From NCBI GenBank assembly GCA_964016885.1, contig OZ024743.1, positions 58,218,001-58,282,000 on the forward strand: a DNA stretch of 64,000 bases. Reading direction: 5' to 3'. Origin of the DNA: Eledone cirrhosa. Lineage: Eukaryota. The notes beneath the pieces were generated by a model. It was given only the letters and a program-made list of their open reading frames with translations. It was not told the origin of the DNA and did not search any database. The position numbers and the translations under genes are program-made. Shown here in pieces: positions 44,801 through 60,887 of the stretch; within the stretch, counting starts at the first letter, position 1; each line of letters starts with the position of its first letter.

Positions 44801-45031
44801 TAAGCAAATTGAAACTATATACTGGCGCTGGTTTATTCTATGATAGCATTGAGCTAAAATACACCTAGTAAATAAATAAGATTTATTCCCATAAATATTA
44901 CTATTAATATATATATAAATGAAAAGATTCAGGGGACTTGAATCTTTTCATATTACCCACTCTACTAACCCAAGTATCGAGTACTCTGGTGAGTTATGGG
45001 CTATCTGGTTTTTACCACACCCTATCTAATA

Positions 45032-45068
<37 letters not shown>

Positions 45069-45136
45069 TATATGGATTGTAACGTCCAGTTACTGTAGGG
45101 AATGAAGATCTAACACTTTTATTTTTATTAGTACAC

Positions 45137-45192
<56 letters not shown>

Positions 45193-46648
45193 GAATTAAA
45201 ATTAGATTTTATTAAATACGTCTAAGAAAAGGGTCACAGATATGAACTTACGTGATAGCTTAACTTAGATATAGGGTATAAAGTTTTTATGAAACAATTC
45301 ATGGTGTTGATAAAATACTTAAAAAAGGATGTCTTTTGTATAGTTAATCAGGGGGGAATAATTTTGTAAAAGAATGAGTGAAAAGTTCTCTGTGGACAAG
45401 AAGCAATTACCTCATTTTTAGATTTGAGAAAGATAAATTTAGAGTAATAATTTACATTAGAATGGTAAAGCCTATCAGAAATTATGACCTGAGGAACTTT
45501 GTCGTCGCCTTAATACCATTAAAAGGGTTGGGTTTTAATTTTGATTTCATTTACTTGGATAATTGTATGTTATGTTGTGTATTCTGTTGCTGAGTACTGA
45601 TATCTATTCTCTATCTATATTTTTTTTATTTTTAATTATATATACCTATCTTTACCAACTGTTGCAAAGTCCCCCGTTTTATTACTTTCAGCACAAAAAC
45701 CTTTTATTCGTTCATGTAATTTATGTTTAATTATTATTTAAACCATAGCCTACATGCATTAAGTTCATATACTTATATTTTAATTATTATTTAAATTATA
45801 GCCTACATTCATTAAGTTCGATTTTATTATACACAATTGGAAAATTATTTTAAATGTTTAGTAAATTATAATTTACTACGCATTTAGAATCAGGGGGAAT
45901 GGTTTTGTAAAAACATGAGTGAAAATTTCTCTGTGGACATGAAAAGATGACCTCAATTTTACGCACGCAAACCATATCATTGTATATGACATTGTTTTAG
46001 CCAAATATAGGCGGAGCAAGTTCATTTATATATTCTTGTTTAGTTTTCATATATTGGTTTATATATTCATTCTTTAGAATTAGATACCTTATTATTTGGT
46101 TAAACATACAGAAAAAGAAAGGAGCTTTGGAAAGGATTATAAATGCCGGTCCCTAGTTCGGACCAAGGAAATGTGTTTCCATGGCTGATACTCTCTGCCT
46201 ATCACAACTCCTGTCAAAATCGCCGCCGCATTTTTTATGACAGTATGCGGATTTGAACTCGTAAATCATAGATTCGGGACAGATACGCGAGGCCCACATT
46301 GTCAGCCAGAGAACTCCCTCCTGTCGGTTGAAAAGAAGGCCCAATTTCGTATAAACACTGTAATTATTCACTATTTGTTAAATAAACGATAAATACTTGT
46401 GTGTGTCTGTGTATGTAACCGTGTGTGTATGTATGTAAGCGGGTATATGCATGTGTGCGGGTGTAACTGTGTATGAGTGTGTGAGAGTATTTGTATAAAT
46501 GTTTATGTATGTGTGTACGTATGTGTATGGGTAGCTGTGTGAATCATTTCCAATGTATCTCTTAAATTCCAGCCAATTAATACACCTCTCCTTGAAGGCA
46601 TATGCTAATTGTAGCTTTCCCACACTTTTACTCCCTCTCTCTCCTCCC

Positions 46649-50670
<4,022 letters not shown>

Positions 50671-50672
50671 TA

Positions 50673-50754
<82 letters not shown>

Positions 50755-50878
50755 ATATCATCAAACATACGTCATATATTAGAGATATTTTAATTCCGTG
50801 ATATTTATAACAACTGCGTATAACATGTTTACATAAATGATACCAGAAATTCTGAACGCATTTCTTTTGAAGTAAATC

Positions 50879-51082
50879 ATGGAAAATACTGTCACATTCC
50901 AGGCTGCAACTCTCCAATTAGTGAAATATATCTCTGATTATTTTGAAAATATTCGAAGCAGAAATGTATATCCTGCAGTTGAACCTGGGTTCATGCGAAA
51001 TCTTATCCCAACTGAAGCTCCAGAAGCCGCTGATGATTGGGAAGATGTTTTTAGTGACATCGAAAACGTAATTATGCCGGGG
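50879..51082 (+). CDS. DDC/AADC-like gene 2, first coding exon (MENTVTFQ..DYFENIRSRNVYPAVEPGFMR.LIP..AP...IMPG)
   Basis: ATG...CCGGGG|gtaagt; 204 nt; AADC N-terminal motifs. A possible acceptor (ttcttttgaag) lies 6 nt upstream of the ATG. Confidence 0.93.
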
Positions 51083-51496
51083 GTAAGTTACCGATATTCT
51101 AAGTACATTATTAAAGTAGTTTTGATTCTTTTATTATGTTGTTCTTTACGGCCTTCCGTCATAATACTGCAGCCATGCTGCTGTTCAGCTCTGAAGGGAT
51201 TTAATAAATCATATCGACTCCAGTACATATTCTGAAGATTGGTACTTATTATATTGAACCGCGTAATCAAACGATGCTCGTAAACACATACACATAGATA
51301 TGTACGTATGCATGTTTGTAAGTCAACAGCTGCCACATCTATACTATTAATAATGGTTTGTAATGTAGGCACAAGGCTAGCAATTTGGGTGCAAGGGAAA
51401 GTCGATCAAATCGGCCCCAGTGCGTGACGTTGTTTTACCGACCCCGTAACGATGAATGGCAAAGTTAATCTCGTCGGGATTTAACATCAATGACAG

Positions 51497-51541
<45 letters not shown>

Positions 51542-51983
51542 TGTGTGTGTGTAAGTCAGTGGCGTGTGTGTGATTGTTTGTATGCATGAGTGTTTGTGTG
51601 TGTGTCGTATGTATGAGTGTCACTAAGTGACTGTTTTTTCATGAGCGGGCACGGGCACATAGAAATAATTATTTCTATTTAGCTCGATTATAATCAGGCT
51701 GAATACTCGATCACGTGGTTAAACCACTGGTAGTGAAGGACACCTAGCCTTTGTCAGGGCATTCTTCTAGGAGAAGGCAACTCATGAAACTGGGATAACT
51801 CCGACACGAAACCTGCGGTTACCGATGATGTTGATCTTTTCTTCTTTTCGGGTTATAGCTACTGTCGCTCAGAGAGTGGGATTGGCTCAGTGCACAGTCT
51901 TTCCTCACTTTAAATATAATTTTCACGCACAGGCATTGCAGGATAGAATTAATAATTATTAATAGTATTATTATTATTATTAT

Positions 51984-54900
51984 TGGTCTGATCGGATGTC
52001 TTTTTGCTTGCTCCCAGTAAGTCGCTTTACTTTCCTGTTATAATTATTTCTTGCTAAATTTGTTCTTGTTGTGTAAGGGATATAAGCCCTTGGACTTTGC
52101 CCTGTGACGGGGAAAGTATAATAGTTATGCCTTTTGGCCCAAATATTTGACCATTTTATTTTAAAAAGTATAAATAAAAAAACATGGCGGATCCACGTCC
52201 CCCAGCAATATGCCTGCTGTCGTGTGACAACGGCGTAAAAGTTGAGAGGGGGGGGTTACAGAAATTGATGCAACAAGCACCACCACAAACAACGTGAACA
52301 AAGACAGCAATGACAACAACACTGAGGACACTAATTTAAAAAAAAATTACGACACCAACTACAACAATAACAGCGACAACCAAAATACAGACAACAGAAA
52401 AAAATGACAACAAATGCAACAACGATATTAACGCCACTAACAAGAAAACAAACAACGACAACGCCAACATCGACAATATAAATTGCACCGAGAACAACAA
52501 GAACGGTGGCAGCAAAAAGACAACCCAACTACAACAGTGGCAACAGCAACAATACCAACAACACCGTTTGTAGCAGTAGCAACAGCAACAGCACCAACAA
52601 CATGACCAGTAGTAGCAGTAGCGGCAGCAATAATGGTGCCGCTGAAAAAGGGAGCACTTCTTTCAAATGTGTGGCCCGAAATATAGAAACAGTGCTAGTC
52701 ACGGAAGAGGAGATGGCAGTCACAAGGGCCACGGTGACAAGAAATGACGATAGAGTTTCCCTGAAACTTCCACCCGATTTTTTCAAGGACCAGCAGCTAC
52801 GGAAGGTGACTTACCGCACCGGAAGCAAAATGTCACATCGGGTGAAGAGAGCCACGGAGGCTCAAATCCAAAAGGCCTTGGGGTGCGTAGGGTGCGCAAA
52901 ACTCACATCACCCTAGGAAAAAAGTATGCCACAGTAGACGTACATTTCGCCACACCGCAAGAGGCGAAGTCTAACTCTTTGGAAACCCTAAAGAGTGAGG
53001 AGATAGTCTTGGTGCCCTCCTACTGCGGACAGAAAATTGTGAGGGTCAAAGTGAACCAGGTCCCGCCCGACGTGCCCATCCCATGGCTGGCCGCATCTGT
53101 CCTTGCTGGAAGCGAGGACTGGACCACCATACTGCAAATGCAGAGAATGGGAAGAGAGAACTGGTCAGGTATAGGCATGCAAATGCTAATACAAACTGAT
53201 CAGGAGTGTATCGAGGCCATCCCAGATATCATAGACCTCTAAACAGGACACCAACTCCCCAGAAGCATGGACGGAAGGCGCCCAAAGTGCTATCTCTGGG
53301 GCAAAAGGGTCACTCAGGGCCTTTTGCCCGCAGAAGACAGTCAAAAAGAGGCCCCCCCCCTCCTTCCGACGCCTGATCTGCTGCTACCAAGAGCAGGACA
53401 GGAAACAGAGGCAGAAGACCCTTCCATGGTGAGTAGGAGGGCAACGTCTGTGGCAACATACCAAGGCCACGGACAACACCAACAGTCGCAGTGGCTACAC
53501 CGGCGGAAAAATCGCCGGAGCGGGCTCCACTACCATCACCAACAGCAGTGAAGCTCATACCCCTCCCAGACGCCATGGAATCCAACATGGAGTATGAGGC
53601 GCGATGGAAGTGGCAAACGGTCTGTCACAAAAAAATAGAAAAAAGAAAAAACCCTTAGCTTCACCCTCCAAAAGCGAAGGCAAACAAAGAGGGGTAAAGG
53701 ATGCAAGGAGACTTGCAGCAACACCACAAGCATCACCACCACAAGCATCACCACCAACAACAACCACACCATCACCAGCATCACCAAAAACATCAACATC
53801 GCAAACACAACAAAGCACACACACCCAACAGCAACAACAAGAAAGCAACAACAAAACCACCACTCCCCCAACAAGTACACAGCATAAACATGGTAAATAA
53901 AGAACTCTTATAACCTATAAAGCAGCACACAGACATCACAGAAAAAAATTACTACACCCCACCAACACCAAGAACTCTCCAGAAAAATATAAAGATTATT
54001 GACATCAAAGTAGAACATTATAAACATTTAAAAGGAAAATTCCCCAACGCAGTTGGAGATTTCTGAGGGTCGGTTACCAAGAGGATATACACCGACATCA
54101 TCTTGGAAACACCCATGACCAGCCAAAGGGGCGGTTCGACTGTCCCTTTCCCACACGATCAGGGTAGGTGATCCTTTCTCCATAACTCCATTCCTCACGC
54201 AACCTGGCCTTACTGGCAGTATAAATGGCCTGGAGTCATCTTGCAAGCAGGGCCACCTGTTTAACGATCTCAGGTCACTAAACATAGATGTGGTGGCCAT
54301 CAGCGAGAACAGAATTTCCGCCTTCGCACCGATCTTCGGCGGCTACGATGTATACGCATCTCCAAGCCGTCCAGGATCGGGGGGAGGAGTTGCTGTGCCT
54401 TTTCGGGGAGGCCTGGATCTCGCCATACGGGCCATCTTCCTGAACCCAGAAGGTAAGTCGGTGGTGCTGGACGTGACCGGCAGCGAAGGCTAGTAGCCGT
54501 TTACGCCCCAAATGGGGCAGGACGGCCAGATTTCTTCAGACGTCTAGAGACCTTTCTTGGAACGTCCCGCTCTTTAGTGTTAGTGGGCGACTGGAACGGT
54601 ATCTTAGATGCGCGCTGGGATTATGTGGGGGTTATAGACGGGGCAGGAGGGTGTAAAAGCCTCAACAATCTGATCAGACGTTTTGAACTGTCTGACAGGT
54701 ATAGGCTGGATTATCCGAATGTGGCAATGTGGACATGAGCAAACCGCATCGGGTCATCCAGATCGTATTTAGATAGGGTATTCTGTAGGGAAACAGATAA
54801 GGCTAGTGTAGGTTGTCCATATTTTAAAGTAGTCGACTACACGGATCACGGAATTTGTGATCTGTGAAGTTGACTTATATAGACTACACAGGAAAGGGCC

Positions 54901-57738
54901 CGGTTACTGGAAGCTGAACGCGTCGTTCCCGGCGCGTAAAGTTTACAGAGACCGGATTAACGAATTAGTTAAGCGTGCGTTGACGGGTGCGATCGTCAAT
55001 AATAGGTGGTGGTTTACCCTGAAAAGGGCTATTATAGTAGAATCCATGAGGTTTAGCAAAGGAGTAGTGATAGAAGAAAAAAGAGTAGATGGAGAGTTAG
55101 TTAGAAAGCTAGAAGAGGCGTTTAGAACAGGCATCGTAACCGACGTGCTTGCGGCGAGATTGGCACTCGACCAATTCTTTAACGCAAAGCATGAAGGCTG
55201 CGTTGTCAGAGCTAGAGCGCGTGCTAAAAGACACGATGGGACGAAAGCCGTTCAATGGGCCCGGGCGGTGGAGGCGCGACGTGGCAATAAGTACACTATT
55301 CGGTCTTTGCCTGATCAAAACGGGCGCATGTTGCTCGAACCCGAGCAGATGTGTGCGGCTTTTCAACAGCACTTTGCTCAATTGTTCGGGAGCGGCGACG
55401 GGCCGGTTCGGAGTATGGACTTCGGTGCATACCTCGATGGACTGCTGCAGCTCTCGACGACTGCAGCGCAGTTCTGCAAAAAGCTGAAAATAGCAGGTGA
55501 AATACTGGAAGCGATGTCTGACTGCACGAGGGAGCATTCCCAGTTTTATGAGCCGGGAGCGGTGGCCTGCTGAGAAAAGACCCGAACAAGGGGGACGTTA
55601 TAGAAAACTTCAGGACCATAACTCTGCTAGACACAGAGTTTAAGATTTTGGCAAAGGTGTTAGCAAAGAGATTGGCGCTTGTCGTCGGTGATCTGGTGGG
55701 AGAGGCGCAGACATGCGCTATTCCGGACAGATCCATCCACGGCAACCTCCATATCATGCGATACATCATAGAGAGGGGGGTTAAGGAACCTGGCACGGGT
55801 GGGGCCTTGATAAACTTGGATCAATCTAAAGCATTTGATAGGGTCGATCATCGGTACCTGGCTGCGGTCCTCGAAGCGGCTGGCTTCGGGCCCGTTTTTA
55901 GGGGCTGGATCGCTGCGATGCACAGCGACATCTGCTCGGTTGTGAGGGTGAATGGTCACATGTCGCAGCCTTTGAGCATCATGCGTCGGTCCGCCAGGGT
56001 TGTCCCCTCTCGTCCCTCTTGTACATACTGGCCCTCGAGCCGTTACTGCACAAATTGGAGTCGATGAGGGGGGTCCCACGCGAACTGGGATCGGGAGATC
56101 CGTGTTAGCTTACGCCGACGATGTCACCGTGGTAGTGTCGAGCACCAAACAGGTCCAGATGCTCGGCACCGCTCTCAAGGAATACGAAGCCGTGACAGGA
56201 ACAAAGATAAATCAGGAAAAGTCGGTGGCCTTGCAATACTGCACCTCAAGAGGCAAGTCAATGCCGTCCGACAGCGTCTTAGGGCGCTGGACAGAAGGAC
56301 CGGTTAAGTTGCTGGGGTTCTGGTTCTGTCCGGACCTCTAGACGTAGAAAAACTGGAGCGAGGTGACGAGCAGGGTGGCCTCACTCACTCAGAAATGGTC
56401 CGAGAGGAGGTTGTCTCTGAAAGATCGGGCAGGGGTGGAGAATGCGTACATCGCGTCCGTCATCTGCTACCGCCTGACCGTCGTACCTTGCCCGCCCAAC
56501 TCTGACCAAAATGGAGCGCCTGCTCTTCCGCTTTTTATGGAAGGGACGTGCTCCCATGATCAGACGATCCATTTGCTGTCAACACCCGTTGCGTGGAGGA
56601 CTAGCATGCCGTGGCAGATGTGGCGCAAACATGCGCTGAGGCGGCTACATCTCTGGTGCTTCCTTGACGGTGAACAGGTGTGTTCGCCTTTTGCCAGACG
56701 CACTTTTCCCCAGCTCGTCTCCTTGGCGGAGCTGAAGTCCTGGACCAGGAAAAGACCGAGGGATAGCGGCTGGAAGCTGGAATGTCTCCAAGCGCTCAAC
56801 ACCCTCTACCAGGTGGGCACTAGTATCAGTGGAACATCCACCTCGGCGTTCTATAGAGGGCTAGTGGAGGGAAAGTGCGACGACGTTCTCGGGGAGACAC
56901 TGGGCGCCGAAGACGATCAGCTGTTCGCTCTCTTCAAGAGAATTTCAGCCCAGGGCCTATGGACAACTACCAGAAATCCCTGGCCTGGCAGTGCTACCGC
57001 GGAGCGTTGCCAGTTCGGGATAAGCTCTACAGGCACGGAGGTGCTGTCAGCCGATCCTGTCCGAGATGCGCACAGGGCGACGAAACCATCCTGCACGCAA
57101 TCGTTCAGTGCCTGAGGATTGCTGACTTGTAGAGCTTTTGTCGAACAGCTTCTTCCCGTGTAGGACGGATCCGGTTATCGACTGAGTCCATTGTGCAGAT
57201 AGCCCCGCTATTCTCCTTTAAAGAGGAGGAAGCGCAGGCAGTTTTCATCTGTCTGGTGGTCATGGCGAAAGAGATTGGGTGGTGGACAAGTTTGAAAGGG
57301 TTGAAGACGGACACTCTCCTCTACGGCTAATCCCTGATTAACTTTTTCAAGTTTCACTTGAAGAGGAAAATCAGGGTGGAGATGCAAGTGCTGTCTTCTA
57401 GTAAGGCTGTTGAAAGGTGGGTGAAAGTGGCGAGTCTGGTCCGATTGAACTGGCCCGCACTGAGTATGCGTGGGAAAACTGAGAGAGGGCACTTGCCCTG
57501 GTGGTCAGGGTGGGCGTGGTCTTTTTGTGTGGGTTTCGCCACGAGTGGCCCTCGGATGTTTCCCCCTTTTGGGGGAAGTTTTGATGTTTGAATTTTTTTT
57601 TTATTTCTCGCCCGATTTTGTTATAACCTGTTTACACGAACAAAACCCACTTTGTATCGTCCTGTACTGTTCTGTGTCGTCTCTAATGTTTTTCTTCATG
57701 TTAGTTCTTGTGGCCAATAAAGAAACCATTATTATTAT
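51984..57738 (+). mobile_element. Near full-length, disrupted L1/Tx1-type LINE (ORF1 ~52184-54118 with CCHC-like knuckle; ORF2 APE-RT ~54170-57480), in intron 1 of gene 2
   Basis: GDWN, SYLDR, TDH, GPGYWKLN, FRTITLLD, LDQSKAFDRV, YADD, CPRC..E..H...C; ends AATAAA-GAAA-(ATT)n. Confidence 0.9.
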
Positions 57739-57739
57739 T

Positions 57740-58238
57740 TCCCGAGCATTGCTGACTTATGGAGCTACGTCGAACAGTTGCTGTCTCGTGTAGGACTGAT
57801 CCGTTATCGACTGAGTCCATTGTGCAGATGGTCTCGCCGTCTTCCTTCGAAGAGGAAGGGCAAGCGGTTTTCATCTGCCTGGTGGCCATGATGAAAGAGA
57901 TTGTGTGGTGGACAAGGTTGACAGGGTTAAAGACAGACACTTTCCTCTTCGGCGAATCCCTAATTAACCTTTTCAAGTTTCACTTGAAGAGGAACATCAG
58001 GGTGGAGAGGCAAGTGCTGCCTTCTATAAGTTTGTTGAAAGGTGGGTGAATGTAGCGAGAATGGTCCGAGTGAACGGGACCGCTCTGAATATACGCCTGT
58101 AGTTTAAGAAATGGAAACATTGAGAGAGAGCCGCACAAAACCCACATCGTACCGTCCTGTACGGTCCTCTGCTGTCTGAACTGTTTTTCTTGATGTCAGC
58201 CCTGGTGGCCAATAAAGAAATCATTATTATTATTATTG
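57740..58238 (+). mobile_element. Second, 5'-truncated copy of the same LINE
   Basis: Repeats the ORF2 C-terminus (STESIVQ..FICLVAM..FKFHLKR) and the GTGGCCAATAAAGAAA-(ATT)n end. Confidence 0.85.
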
Positions 58239-58239
58239 T

Positions 58240-59517
58240 TCTTTGAGTCTCTACTACCTCCTGACCGTCGCACCTTGTCCTAATCCCCGCTTGATTGCGC
58301 TGGAGCGTTTGCTCTTTCGCTTTTTGTGGAAGGGACGCGCTCCGATGGTCAGGCGGTCCATCTGCTGTCAACACCCGCTACGTGGAGAGCTGGGCATGCC
58401 GTGGCTGATGACGCGCAGACACGCGCTACGACATCTCCACCTCTTCCTCGACGGTGATCAGGTATGGTCGCCGTTTGCTAGACACGTCTTTCCCCAGCTC
58501 GTCTCCTTAACGGAGCTGCAGTCCTGGGTCAAGCGAAGACAGAGAGGGAGCGCTTGGAGACTGGAATGTCTTCAGGCGCTCACAGCCCTCGACCAATCGG
58601 GCAATGTGATCGGTGGAAACTCCACCTTGGCGTTCTATAGAGGATTAGTGGAGGGGAAGAGCGACGACGTACTTGGAGACAATCTAGGCGTCGACGAAAA
58701 TCAACTAACCAATCTCTTCGGAAGGACTTTCGGGCCGGAGCCTATGGACAACTTCGAGTAATCCCTGGCCTGGCAGTGCTACCGAGGAGCTTTGCCAGTT
58801 CGGGATAAACTCTACAGGCATGGAGGTGCCGTCAGCCAGGCATGTTCGATATGCGTGCAGGCCGACGAAACCGTCCTGCACGCACTCGTCCAGTGTCCGA
58901 GCATTGTTGACTTGTGGGTTTATGTCGAACACCTGCTGTCACGTGTAGGACGGATCCAGCTATCAGCTGAGTCCATCGTGAGGATTGCCCCGCCCTCTTC
59001 CTTTAGCCGGGAAGGGCAGGCAGTTTTTATCTGTCTGGTGGCCATGGCGAAAGAGATAGTATGGTGGACACGTTTCAAAGGGCTGAAGACGAGCACTTAC
59101 CTCTTCGGTGATGCCCTGATTAACTTTTTCAAATTTCATTTGAAAAGGAAAATCAGAGTAGAGAGGGAAGTGCTCTCTTCCCAGCATTTTGTTGAAAGAT
59201 GGGTGAGAGAAGCAAGTATGGCCCGAGTGAATGGGCCTACTCTGAGTATGTGTCTGTAAATTAAAGGTGGAAAACTGGGTGAGGGCACTTGCCCTGGTGG
59301 TCAGGGTCACTGTGGTCTTTTAATGGGCTTTCTCCACAAATGTCCCTCGGAAGTCTCCTCCCTATTGGGGAATTTTTCTTTGTTATTTTATTTCATCCTC
59401 TTTTTTTTTTTACACGCAGAAATGCCCATTTGTACCGTCCTGTATTGTTCTGTACTGTCCTTAATGTCTACTTTATGTAAACCCTTGTGGTTAATAAAGA
59501 AAACATTATTATTATTA

Positions 59518-59560
<43 letters not shown>
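58240..59560 (+). mobile_element. Third, 5'-truncated copy of the same LINE
   Basis: ORFs 58243-58761 and 58792-59259 match the ORF2 C-terminus; AATAAAGAAAAC-(ATT)n tail. Confidence 0.88.
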
Positions 59561-59561
<1 letters not shown>

Positions 59562-59821
59562 TTTTTTTTTGGTTCGTGCAATGGCCATAATCGATAACGT
59601 GGGGAAAGACATGTATGTATGCATGTCAGCTCACTCTTGAGTGCTGCAGGTAGAATGTAACCCAGTACAACCTGTTGCCCCCACCAAGTTTACTTGGTGC
59701 GGAGTATATTTTGGACAGCCTGCAGGACAAAAAATAAAAAAACGGACTATGTGTGTATGTATATATGTATATACATGTATACATATGTATATATATATAT
59801 ATGCGCGGGGACATAGAAATA

Positions 59822-60260
59822 ATTATTTGAATATGGCAAAGTCGACTATTAATCGCTCGTATACAGGAAACTGACTGGGCAGTCTGCTGATATGCAAATC
59901 TGGCTGATCAGTGGATCTGCTAATATGCAGATGTGACTGATCAGACAGTCTGCTAATATGCAAATCAGGCTGATCTGTCACTGAATATTTTAGAAAATAT
60001 TATATAGTTTCACTAGCTCTGAAAATTGGCAGGTGAACAGTGAGCTGTACTGATGAAGGGTAATACCCAGAAACATTAGTGTCTGCAGTTCTGTTTACAT
60101 GCCAACGCAAGAGCAAGAATAAGGTGTTCATTCTACTGACATTGCTTTAAAAATGAGACTTGTATGCATAATTGCAAACGAATCGAATATTATTATTAAT
60201 ATTCAAAAAACTCAGATTACATTTATTGTATTCAGCCATGTAGAGCGAGAAAAAACATTT
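59822..60260 (+). mobile_element. HHR-bearing ~430-nt repeat (retrozyme-like), copy 2
   Basis: Homologous to 21581-21985 with the segments in swapped order. Confidence 0.65.
60042..60091 (+). ncRNA. Type I hammerhead ribozyme motif
   Basis: GAGCTGTA-CTGATGA-A-GGGT AAT ACCC-A-GAAAC-ATTAGT-GTC-TGCAGTTC; 8-bp stem I, GTC site, A.A at the base of stem II. Confidence 0.72.
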
Positions 60261-60315
60261 TTTTAATAGTACACCTAATAACTGCAAATATTAAACTTTG
60301 ATTTTCACCCAACAG

Positions 60316-60429
60316 CTATGCCACTGGCAACATCCGAACTTCGCTGCCTACTTCCCATCACAAACATCGCATGCTGCAATTCTGGCAGAAATGCTCTCGA
60401 GTGCATTGGCGAATGTAGTAATATCTTGG
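60316..60429 (+). CDS. DDC/AADC-like gene 2, second coding exon (LCHWQHPNFAAYFPSQTSHAAILAEMLSSALANVVISW); gene continues beyond the window
   Basis: aacag|...TGG|gtgagt; 114 nt, phase 0; HW.HP.F.AYFP motif. Confidence 0.92.
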
Positions 60430-60694
60430 GTGAGTCATATATAAACTACTTCATTTGCTTCCATTATAAAAAATATAAACATGAAATTAGTAAACCTTAA
60501 TATGCATTTTATGCACGGTAATATTATGATATCGTCTGCTGAAGATCAGTAGAAGTATTAAAATACGACACTCGTACACAGATACTGAGCTAGCTGTTAT
60601 ATGATCACTGTTGAAAAGGCCGAGAGCTGTGACTGAAACCAGTAAAAGAATAAAAAAAATATAGTGTAAATTACATTATTATTTATATTATACT

Positions 60695-60808
60695 TCAAAT
60701 CCCGCCGAGGTTAACTTTGCCTTTCATCCTTATGGGGTCGATAAAATAAAGTACCAGTAATGTACTGGGTAATTGCTGGCCTTGTGCCAAAAGTAGAAAC
60801 AATTATTT
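60695..60808 (+). mobile_element. SINE, 5'-truncated
   Basis: Same family as 6997-7180. Confidence 0.8.
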
Positions 60809-60887
60809 ATATTATACTTAAACAGCGTAATATACGGTATGATATATCCTGTAACATAATAAAATGTAGTAATATATTTATTATATA

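Noticed and set aside
51715-51820. Possible HDV-like ribozyme or retrotransposon 5' leader in the split host repeat
   Set aside because: Could not build a convincing nested double pseudoknot by eye.
59641-59874. ORF after a CTGCAG acceptor as an extra exon of gene 2
   Set aside because: No AADC similarity; the exons ending at 51082 and starting at 60316 join in frame without it.
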